Below are positions 9,913 to 18,138 of a stretch of 64,000 nt of DNA, piece by piece. This DNA comes from Candidatus Saccharimonadota bacterium (lineage in GTDB: Bacteria > Patescibacteriota > Saccharimonadia > Saccharimonadales > Saccharimonadaceae). Position numbers and translations under genes: made by a program. Where the stretch lies: positions 57,204 to 121,203 of the forward strand of contig JAQGHF010000004.1 in the NCBI GenBank assembly GCA_028288995.1. Direction: 5' to 3'. Below the pieces are notes generated by a model that saw only the letters and a program-made list of their open reading frames with translations, was not told the DNA's origin and ran no database searches. How positions within the stretch are numbered: position 1 is the stretch's first letter; each line of letters begins with the position of its first letter.

Positions 9913-11124
9913 TTATGGTTTTACGTATTGATTAAAGAAGTTAGCGGATAGCCACATTTCACTATACATGCCGTATCCGGTACCGTAGTCGTAATTATAC
10001 TGGGTGACAAGAATCTTTCCACCATCAACCGCCTCAACATACGCGGTGTGTCCTGGGTTTCCCCAAAGTGATGCGACTGAGCCAGCTTGTGGGGTACTTC
10101 CGAGGTTTGTCCAACCGTGCTTACTCACAAGGTTTTGCGCAGTCTGTCCACCGTTACCTAGGTCATTGTAGTAAACGCCTGTGGCCTTCGCAACGCGGTA
10201 TGCTACATAGCTCACACATTGACGGCAACCATAGCCGTGACCATCACCGCCGTTGCCGTCGGATCCACCGGTTGACATATATCCAGACATCGGGCAGTTC
10301 GAACTGTTCCATGGGTAGTCCGGCAAAGAACCTCCGTCAACAAGTGTGTAACCACCGGTCGCATTAGATCGTGCACGTAGGGCAGCTTGGGTTGCTTTTG
10401 CAGCGGCGATTTGCGCAGAACTACTTTGAATCATTGTTTGATAATTCGCTTCGTTACTTTGTGTCTGGTTCAAGAGTGCTTGCTGTTCATTCTGCTTCGC
10501 GACAAGTGTATCGCGAGCATCTTTTTGTTGTGCAAGAACTTTATCAAGATCAGATTTCTGTGTATCGAGTTGGACCTTCAAGGCTTTCACCTTTACGATC
10601 GTGTCGTTCAACTGAGTCTTTACGGAGGTTCGGTACTCTTGCTTATTCAAAAAGTCACCAATATTAGTGCTGCTGGCAAGCAGTTCGATCGGTGAGGTGC
10701 TATCGTCAATATAAAGATCGGCAATCGTCTTTCCGAGAGCGTCTTGGTTCTGGGTAATTTGCGTCTGAGTGTCGGCGATATTAATAACAAGCTTGTCGGA
10801 CTGTGCTTGGTTCAAGTTAATTTGTGCCTGCAACGCGTTCTTTTCATTATCAAGCTGTGCAACAGCATTTTGTAATGTGTTCGCCTGAGCGTTCAATTGG
10901 TCGGCTTGTGCCTGGTACTTCGCCATATCCTGCGTCAGTGCAGCAATCTGGTCATCATATTGGTCAGCAGCAGCGGGTTTCACAGTTGGAAGTGTTCCAA
11001 TAACTGTGAGTACAGAGATACCTACCAAGAGAATACCCTTCGATATTCGAGAAATTGAGACTGGTGTGGTGGATCGCAGCTTCATATCTTTAATAATCCT
11101 AGCATAACCACTATACTTAGTCAA
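9913..11124 (-). CDS. PcsB/CwlO-like coiled-coil + CHAP peptidoglycan hydrolase
   Basis: Signal peptide, long coiled coil, RQCVSYV (Cys), GHTAYVE (His); follows ftsEX. Confidence 0.88.
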   Translation of the reverse strand: MTKYSGYARIIKDMKLRSTTPVSISRISKGILLVGISVLTVIGTLPTVKPAAADQYDDQIAALTQDMAKYQAQADQLNAQANTLQNAVAQLDNEKNALQAQINLNQAQSDKLVINIADTQTQITQNQDALGKTIADLYIDDSTSPIELLASSTNIGDFLNKQEYRTSVKTQLNDTIVKVKALKVQLDTQKSDLDKVLAQQKDARDTLVAKQNEQQALLNQTQSNEANYQTMIQSSSAQIAAAKATQAALRARSNATGGYTLVDGGSLPDYPWNSSNCPMSGYMSTGGSDGNGGDGHGYGCRQCVSYVAYRVAKATGVYYNDLGNGGQTAQNLVSKHGWTNLGSTPQAGSVASLWGNPGHTAYVEAVDGGKILVTQYNYDYGTGYGMYSEMWLSANFFNQYVKP

Positions 11125-11139
11125 TCGTCCTCAGCTCTG

Positions 11140-12123
11140 TTAAAGCTTCAGATATCGACGCGTCGCCATTAAGGATGAAATGATACCAATTAAGGCACCC
11201 ATAAAGATCATGCCAAGTAGGACAAATCCGGCATAGAACGTCAGTGCATCAATCGTTGGCTGAATGTTGAAATACATCTTGAGACCTGGTGCCGCAATAA
11301 TCACGATAGCCGCACCTAATCCAGTCGCAATCAATGCGGCAAAGAATCCGTAAACAATTGCTTCAACCACGAATGGACCACGAATAAATGAGCGCTCTGC
11401 CCCGATCAGCTTCATCATCTGAATCTCTTCACGACGGTTAAAGATGGCCATACGAATCGTATTGAAGATAATGAGTGTTGAAACAATCACAAAGACTGCA
11501 CTGACGACAATACCGATCTTTTGGGCAAAGTTAGCCGCATTTCCAATCGATTCGATTGTTGCACGACGCGTCCCTGCGAACGACGGTTGATGATCAGGAT
11601 CCTGGTTTGCCAGGAACGTCTGGTTCGTCTTCACAAAATCAGATAGTTGCGTTGTGTTATTAATATCCTGCACCTTCACGTTCAGTGTCCACGGAAATTT
11701 ATTCGTCGCCTGCTTTAATACCTCGAGCGATTGTGGATCAAGTTTGTTCTCCTGAATATACTTATCACGGGCTTGTTGTGGGGATACAGTATCAACGCTC
11801 AATACACTCGATTCTTTACCTAGGTCGGCAGCAACTTTCTTGGCGTCGTCTGGTGTCGTTTCGGTCTTGAGATAAATCGACATGCTGACGTTATCACGAA
11901 GACTCGTCAGCGTATCAATCAGGACATTACGAGAAACAACACTGGTAAAGATAACGAATAGTGTAATTGTCATCACAGCGGTTGCCGCAATAGTGAGCCA
12001 AGCGTTACGGGTAAAGTTATTAATACCGTATCGGCACATACGCATAAATGTCGTCCACTGCCTTCGGTGACGTTTTTGCTGCGCGTAGCTTTTTGAATCG
12101 AGTTTCTTTTTTCCCTTAGCCAT
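11140..12123 (-). CDS. ftsX: Cell division permease FtsX
   Basis: NFTRNAWLT, IFNTIRMAIFNRREEIQMMKLIGA, GPFVVEA. Confidence 0.92.
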   Translation of the reverse strand: MAKGKKKLDSKSYAQQKRHRRQWTTFMRMCRYGINNFTRNAWLTIAATAVMTITLFVIFTSVVSRNVLIDTLTSLRDNVSMSIYLKTETTPDDAKKVAADLGKESSVLSVDTVSPQQARDKYIQENKLDPQSLEVLKQATNKFPWTLNVKVQDINNTTQLSDFVKTNQTFLANQDPDHQPSFAGTRRATIESIGNAANFAQKIGIVVSAVFVIVSTLIIFNTIRMAIFNRREEIQMMKLIGAERSFIRGPFVVEAIVYGFFAALIATGLGAAIVIIAAPGLKMYFNIQPTIDALTFYAGFVLLGMIFMGALIGIISSLMATRRYLKL

Positions 12124-12141
12124 ATCTAAATCCTTGTGTCT

Positions 12142-12825
12142 TTACTGACGATAACTTCCTTCGGCTTGATCACCGGTTATTTTTCCGCCTTCAATCGTAA
12201 TTACTCGCCTTTTGAGCTTGTTGACGATGTCGACGTTGTGCGTCGTCAAGAGAACGGTCGTGCCATACTTATTAATCTTTTCAAGTAATCGAACGATATC
12301 CCAGCTGTGCTTTGGATCGAGGTTTCCTGTTGGCTCATCGGCGATAAGAATCTTTGGCTGACGCACCACTGCACGAGCAATCGCGACACGCTGACGTTCA
12401 CCACCGGAAAGCTGGTGTGGGAACTGCTTTTCTTTACCGGCAAGCCCAACGAGGTCAATCACCTTTGGAACAGTATTCTTAATTTCGCGCGTGGTCATAC
12501 CTGCAATCTCGAGGGCAAATGCAATATTCTCGAAAACAGTTCGTTGCGGCAACAATTTAAAGTCTTGGAAAACGACGCCAATCTTGCGACGAAGCATCGG
12601 AATCTGACTGTCCTTCAATGTATCGTAGTCAATACCACCAACAACGATCTTGCCACTGGTCGGCTTCTCTTCACGTGTGAGAAGTTTGAGGAGTGTCGAT
12701 TTGCCAGCACCTGAGGTACCAACAATGATGACAAATTCTCGGGGCTCAATAAACAGACTCAGCCGACTTAATGCCGGTGCTGTGTCCTTGCCGTATGTCT
12801 TGGTTACCCTATCTAGCAGAATCAT
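12142..12825 (-). CDS. ftsE: Cell division ATP-binding protein FtsE
   Basis: GTSGAGKST, GVVFQDFKLL, LSGGE, ADEPTGNLD; upstream of ftsX. Confidence 0.93.
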   Translation of the reverse strand: MILLDRVTKTYGKDTAPALSRLSLFIEPREFVIIVGTSGAGKSTLLKLLTREEKPTSGKIVVGGIDYDTLKDSQIPMLRRKIGVVFQDFKLLPQRTVFENIAFALEIAGMTTREIKNTVPKVIDLVGLAGKEKQFPHQLSGGERQRVAIARAVVRQPKILIADEPTGNLDPKHSWDIVRLLEKINKYGTTVLLTTHNVDIVNKLKRRVITIEGGKITGDQAEGSYRQ

Positions 12826-12901
12826 TTCTATAGTTAGTATAGCATAAACGTAAAGCCCCGTAAGGGGGTAATATCAATAGATACGAAGTAATTTGAATCA
12901 T

Positions 12902-12930
12902 CGGAGGGGTGCTTTTGGGGCACCCCTCCG
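12902..12930. terminator. GC-rich hairpin closing the Clp-N islet gene
   Basis: CGGAGGGGTGC-7 nt-GCACCCCTCCG, 11-bp stem; no clear U-tract. Confidence 0.5.
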
Positions 12931-12942
12931 GAAGACTCAGCG

Positions 12943-13398
12943 CTAGTTACCGGGTGTCTTCTTGAGCAGGACCTGAACAGCCCAGCGGTTGACGTCGAAC
13001 GCACGAAAGATTCTTTCGGCGCCTGGGTCCTGCTCCTCGATGATCGCTCGAAGCAGATGCACCGAACGAACGGGCGACCGAGCACCATCCTCCTCATAGG
13101 CGATGGCGACAGCGCGATCAAACGCGGCGTTGACTGATCGTCCGAATGGGATGATGGTCTGCTCGCGACGACCTTCGTAAGACGGGTAGAGCTCCTTCAG
13201 CGCGGTTCGTGCGCGGTCGACCGGACCAGCCTGCTGCGCAAGGACGCGTGATGCGCCATTGGCGTCAGGTCGGACGGCGTAGGCCACGACGATGTGTGCG
13301 ACCTCCATAGAAGCTTGCGACTGGAGTTTCACCTCCAGCGTCGCAAGGTCAATGACCCGAAGGGTTTCGGGCGTGGCGTTTGCTTCGGTGAGATACAT
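12943..13398 (-). CDS. Stand-alone Clp N-terminal (repeat) domain protein
   Basis: Two helical repeats (…AHIVVAY…; VRSVHLLRAII…GAERIF); strong SD AAAGGAG; ~60% GC in the two lines counted. Confidence 0.65.
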   Translation of the reverse strand: MYLTEANATPETLRVIDLATLEVKLQSQASMEVAHIVVAYAVRPDANGASRVLAQQAGPVDRARTALKELYPSYEGRREQTIIPFGRSVNAAFDRAVAIAYEEDGARSPVRSVHLLRAIIEEQDPGAERIFRAFDVNRWAVQVLLKKTPGN

Positions 13399-13678
13399 AC
13401 TACTCCTTTGATAGGTAGAACCGATATAAAGACTGAGTCTTCCGAGGCAATTTGCCTCGTATCTATAGATATAATTGTCAAAATGCCCGAAACCTCAATT
13501 TCGTACGTATATTATATCATACTTATGCTAAATAATCAATAGACGCATCCAATTTACCCCTACAATTCTTAGTGCACTAGTCAAAAAAATGTATTCCTTA
13601 CATTGCTTTGGTTAGTGCCCGAGATTATACGCTCTCGGGCAGCGTTATCGCGCTGGAGGGGCGATTCCCTACCGCTGT

Positions 13679-14260
13679 CTACCCCTGCACTAGCTTCTGA
13701 AACTGCTCAGGGGTCAAATTCACGGTAATACGCGTGTCAAGGGGATCACCAAGGTGATCTCCGAATTGCATATCAATGTTGTCCTGCAGTGTGTACCCGC
13801 TGTTCCAGTCGTCAAAATGGAACTTTCCAGCTGGCTTCACCCCAACTTCTTGGTGGAAGATGACGCGCTTCACTGGAACAGAAAGGATATACGAGTCACC
13901 ATTCGGCGCCTTGTAACCAATTCTGATAGTATCCTGCGTCTGGCTTGTAATGCTGCCAGCAAACAAGATGATTGCTCCATTGACAGACGGTTCGCTGTTG
14001 ATGGAGTTTGCGATAACAAGCGGTGACTCGCGATCATTGACAATGCCAACTTGGCGAGTCATGTCACGCATGTTAGCCACATGTTGCTGTGAATCCCATG
14101 TGGTCATGACAAGCACGCCGTAGGTTATCACTCCGCCGGCAACGATTAGCAGGATAGTCGTGATAACCATCCAAAAAGGTGGTCTCCACCTTTTTTTTCG
14201 TGACACAACGGATTGCACAGGTACTGCTGGTGAAGAACGAGTTTTCTTAACCCGAGACAT
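13679..14260 (-). CDS. Hypothetical single-pass membrane protein
   Basis: Basic N-terminus + TM. Start moved to ATG 14260 (SD GGAGGTG 6 nt upstream); TTGACT...TATAAT promoter upstream. Confidence 0.65.
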   Translation of the reverse strand: MSRVKKTRSSPAVPVQSVVSRKKRWRPPFWMVITTILLIVAGGVITYGVLVMTTWDSQQHVANMRDMTRQVGIVNDRESPLVIANSINSEPSVNGAIILFAGSITSQTQDTIRIGYKAPNGDSYILSVPVKRVIFHQEVGVKPAGKFHFDDWNSGYTLQDNIDMQFGDHLGDPLDTRITVNLTPEQFQKLVQG

Positions 14261-14347
14261 CCATATCACCTCCATAAAGTAGAAGATATCTCAGATACAT
14301 ATTATACATTATATTATTAAAAAGTCAATACATGCTTGGGTGGAGTG

Positions 14348-15433
14348 CTAGTTAGGTAGCTCTGGCGACTCAAGATATGCCGTCATAAATGGCTCAAGGT
14401 CGCCGTCAAGAACTCCCTGAGCATTATTTGTCTCATATTTAGTTCGTGTATCTTTCACGAGTGTATAGGGATGCAGGACGTAATTTCGAATCTGACTGCC
14501 CCAGTTGGCCGACTCCCCCGCCTGCAACTCAGTAATTGAGCTAGTGTGCTGATCCAGCTGCATCTTGGCAAGTTTCGAACGAAGCAGTTTCATGGCAGTT
14601 TCGCGGTTTTGTAGCTGCGAGCGTTCATTCTGAATCGCCACGACAATGCCGGTCGGAATATGCGTCACACGAACAGCACTATCGGTTGTATTGACCGATT
14701 GCCCACCATGACCACCGGCGCGGTAGACATCAATCTTTAAGTCTTTATCATCAATCTTCACTTCATCAGGTGTATCGATTTGTGGCAAGACTTCTACCAA
14801 CGCAAAGCTGGTCTGGCGAAGATTGTCACTATTAAAAGGGCTAAGGCGCACCAAGCGGTGTACACCATTTTCGCTGCGAAGTTTTCCATAAGCAAACGGA
14901 CCCGTCACTCCGATAACGACCGACTTCACACCTGCTTCTTCACCAGCGGAACGTTCAATTGTCGACGCCGACATGCCCGATTTTTCTGACCAGCGAAGAT
15001 ACATACGCTCCAGCATCTCTGTCCAATCTTGCGCATCTGTGCCACCAACACCAGCACTGAGGCGAAGAATCGCATTATGATCGTCGTACTCACCATCAAA
15101 TAATAGATCTTTTCGTAGAGCAGCAAATTCTTTTTCAAGGGCGATAATCTGCCCCTCAAACTCACCAAGAAGACTATCGTCATCAAGATCCATCAGTTCT
15201 ACCATATCGCTCGTCTGAGCATGTAGGGTGAGCCACGGGTCAACCATTGATTTAACGGCTGCAAGTTGTTTGCTGAGCGACTGCGCATGCGCAGGATTAT
15301 TCCAGATTTCAGGCGTTGCTAGTTGTGCTTCTAATGCTTCAACGTCGGCTTTCTTCTCATCAATATTCAAGCGAACAAGTGCGGCGTCCACTTGGGTTTC
15401 TAGTTCTTTCAGTCGTTTTATCAGAGGTTGCAT
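14348..15433 (-). CDS. prfB: Peptide chain release factor 2 (continuous ORF)
   Basis: GGTDAQDW, SPF anticodon-mimic motif, GGHGGQSVN (GGQ). Confidence 0.97.
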   Translation of the reverse strand: MQPLIKRLKELETQVDAALVRLNIDEKKADVEALEAQLATPEIWNNPAHAQSLSKQLAAVKSMVDPWLTLHAQTSDMVELMDLDDDSLLGEFEGQIIALEKEFAALRKDLLFDGEYDDHNAILRLSAGVGGTDAQDWTEMLERMYLRWSEKSGMSASTIERSAGEEAGVKSVVIGVTGPFAYGKLRSENGVHRLVRLSPFNSDNLRQTSFALVEVLPQIDTPDEVKIDDKDLKIDVYRAGGHGGQSVNTTDSAVRVTHIPTGIVVAIQNERSQLQNRETAMKLLRSKLAKMQLDQHTSSITELQAGESANWGSQIRNYVLHPYTLVKDTRTKYETNNAQGVLDGDLEPFMTAYLESPELPN

Positions 15434-15464
15434 GCTTCCCTTTACTATACAGGAAATTCTCCAC

Positions 15465-16775
15465 CTAAAGACTAGTTACTGCGGTGATAAACTGATCACC
15501 GCGATCGGCATAGTTTTTAAATAAGCCAAAACTTGCGGTGGCAGGACTTAGTAAGACAACAGATCCTTCTTTAGCGAGTTCATGCGCCCGTGCTACTACC
15601 TTTTCCATAGTTGGCGCTTCAATAATTTCAAAATTCGTAAAGCCCGCAGCCCGTAAGACTTCGGCAATATGTACGGCTTCATCACCGATAAGTAGCGCGT
15701 GAACCTCGTGCTGGGTGAGTTCTTTTGCAAGTTCCGAAAAATCAGAACCTTTTGATGAACCACCCAGAATAATCACTTTTGGCGTATCAAACGCACGAAG
15801 CGCAGCGATGGCAGACGTTGGTGTGGTTGCGATACTGTCGTCGTAGTAGTCAACACCACGGAAATTGCGAACGAATGCCAATCGATGTGGCAATCCGCGG
15901 AACGTTCGGAGTCCTGTTTCGATCACCTCTGGGTCTTTGGTGAATTTCCAGGCAGCATCAATCGCAGCTAACGCATTTGATTGATTGTGTACACCTGGTA
16001 TCTGTAAAGCATCGACTGAACAAATTTTTTGTTCACCATTATAAAAGTCCCTGTCTTTGATATGCGCGGTTAATTCGCTTGGAAAGCCTATCTTTATACC
16101 ACTTGAAAGCTCCGCAATTGAACGGGCGTATTCATTTTCTTGATTGTAGATAACAATGTCGTCCGCAGACTGGAACTTGGCAATATTCGCCTTTGCCCCG
16201 ACGTATTCTTCCATGTCTTTATGGACATCGAGGTGTTCCTGTTCAATAAATAATACTACTGCTGTCTCTGGTGAACGTTCGACATCCCATAATTGGAAGC
16301 TCGACAGTTCGTACACGACGATATCGCTTGGTTGAATATATTCAAGGACGTCTAGCGCTGGTTGACCAATATTGCCGACGAGATGAACCGTCCGCCCAGC
16401 CGCACGCAGGATTGAGGTAATCAGACTTGCGGTCGTTCCCTTCCCCTTTGAGCCTGTGACACCGATAATAGGAATCTTTACAGCAACACCTTCACGTTCT
16501 TTCGTACACTGTAAGAAGAACTCGTTCGTTGCTGACCAAATCTTACCATCAGTCTTAATCTTCCACGGTGGAATACCAGCGGAACGCATCACCAGCTCAA
16601 AGCCATCGAGTTTTTCGAATGCACCTGGTCCAAAGATAGTTTTAGCACCTTCAGGAAGGAGTTCTGGTGCGATTTCAACCTCATCAACTATCGTTATGTC
16701 GACCATAGGCATGCGTTTCCAGTACTTGTAGCTTGACTGTCCTTCAACCCCATAGCCCGCGATAGCAATCTTCAT
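15465..16775 (-). CDS. murD: UDP-N-acetylmuramoyl-L-alanine--D-glutamate ligase
   Basis: GVTGSKGKGTT, GNIG, ELSSFQL, LPHRL, DDSIAT, LLSPATASF. Confidence 0.92.
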   Translation of the reverse strand: MKIAIAGYGVEGQSSYKYWKRMPMVDITIVDEVEIAPELLPEGAKTIFGPGAFEKLDGFELVMRSAGIPPWKIKTDGKIWSATNEFFLQCTKEREGVAVKIPIIGVTGSKGKGTTASLITSILRAAGRTVHLVGNIGQPALDVLEYIQPSDIVVYELSSFQLWDVERSPETAVVLFIEQEHLDVHKDMEEYVGAKANIAKFQSADDIVIYNQENEYARSIAELSSGIKIGFPSELTAHIKDRDFYNGEQKICSVDALQIPGVHNQSNALAAIDAAWKFTKDPEVIETGLRTFRGLPHRLAFVRNFRGVDYYDDSIATTPTSAIAALRAFDTPKVIILGGSSKGSDFSELAKELTQHEVHALLIGDEAVHIAEVLRAAGFTNFEIIEAPTMEKVVARAHELAKEGSVVLLSPATASFGLFKNYADRGDQFITAVTSL

Positions 16776-16784
16776 AGTTCTATT

Positions 16785-18071
16785 CTACTCGGATTTGAAC
16801 AATCCTGTAAGCTTATCCCCTAGTTCAACAATTTCGTCGCGGTCACCACTACTAACAGCTGCGAGTACCCATGTATTGGCGTCAACAAAGCTCTGCGTCG
16901 TCGCCATGATCTTTTCACGCGTCACGCGGCGAATCAGATCAGGCACTTTGTCGTAATCTTTAATAAAGTCATCGGCAAAGTAGCGATTCGTGTAAAAACC
17001 GCTAATCTGCGAGACAGTCTGTGCGCCCATCTGATAACGCCCAAGTCCAAACGATTTTGCCGCATCGATTTCTTCGTCGGTGAGTTTACCATCAAGCACC
17101 GCTTGAATCTCAGTTGCAATAATATTGAAGAGTTCTGGCGCGGTATCGTGGTTTACTTGCCCAGAAATGTCCCAAGCGCTGTCAAAAAAGCCTGCACCGG
17201 TATATGAACCGACACTGTAGGCAAGCCCTTTAGAACGGGCTTTTCCGAAGATACGAGAGTGTGTCGTTCCCGTCAAAATGTGGTTCAAGTTGTGCATAGC
17301 GTCTAGCTCTTCATCAGAAAGTTCGCGTGGCACGCTGAGTGTAAATCCAAATGTTAAGTTGGTTGCGTCTTTACGACGAATTAAGGCAGGATGGGCGCTT
17401 TTTAGTTCGTCGCGTGGCACTTCAAAGCGTTCGCCTTCCGGAAGTTCAAATGCTTCAAGTTGACGAATGATCTCACCCTTACGACCGCGGAGTTTTCCAG
17501 CGATCACAAACCGCATATTATGCGTTGTGTGCGTACGACGGTGGTGTTCGCGAATATCATTTAAGGTGACATTGGCGATCGTTGGAATCGCCTGACGATA
17601 CGTCAGCACATCTTCACCAAGTAATTGCTGTACACGTGGCCACAAGATGCGGTGATGGTCGTTAAGATAATTCGTTAACTCGCTGCGAACATTCCCCTTC
17701 TCGGCTTCCATTTCAGTTGTGTTGAACTTTGGCTGACAGATACTGACCTTTTGTAATTCTAGGATACGATCCCATTCAAAGTCAGCACAGTCAGACTCAT
17801 AGACCATCGAGAGATCGCTGGTGTAGGCATTATGGTACGCGCCGTTCTTGGTAAACTCGGACTCAAAATCGTGCTCAGACTTAAACTGTGCGTTGGCACC
17901 AAAAGCCATGTGCTCCATGATGTGAGCAACTTGTTCAATATCTTTATTTTTCGCATACCGACTACCGGCTCGAAACTGAAACTGCATACTCATGACGGTT
18001 GCGCCGGGAATGTTTATAAGGAGGCCTTTTGCGCCATTTTTTAGTTTCACTTCTTCAACGGTGTGGTTCAT
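16785..18071 (-). CDS. M16 family zinc peptidase
   Basis: AHIMEHMAF (HxxEH), NAYTS, RIFGKARSKGLAYSV. Confidence 0.9.
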   Translation of the reverse strand: MNHTVEEVKLKNGAKGLLINIPGATVMSMQFQFRAGSRYAKNKDIEQVAHIMEHMAFGANAQFKSEHDFESEFTKNGAYHNAYTSDLSMVYESDCADFEWDRILELQKVSICQPKFNTTEMEAEKGNVRSELTNYLNDHHRILWPRVQQLLGEDVLTYRQAIPTIANVTLNDIREHHRRTHTTHNMRFVIAGKLRGRKGEIIRQLEAFELPEGERFEVPRDELKSAHPALIRRKDATNLTFGFTLSVPRELSDEELDAMHNLNHILTGTTHSRIFGKARSKGLAYSVGSYTGAGFFDSAWDISGQVNHDTAPELFNIIATEIQAVLDGKLTDEEIDAAKSFGLGRYQMGAQTVSQISGFYTNRYFADDFIKDYDKVPDLIRRVTREKIMATTQSFVDANTWVLAAVSSGDRDEIVELGDKLTGLFKSE

Positions 18072-18138
18072 AAGACGGTAACTTTTCTTTTACTAATTTA
18101 ATGTTGGTAAGGTTAATTCAGGGAAGCCGGTGTATCGG

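Noticed and set aside
8548-12825. ftsE-ftsX-CHAP-S41 cluster as a novel system
   Set aside because: Matches the known FtsEX-PcsB/CwlO arrangement and Firmicutes-like hpf-secA-prfB-ftsEX-ctp synteny.
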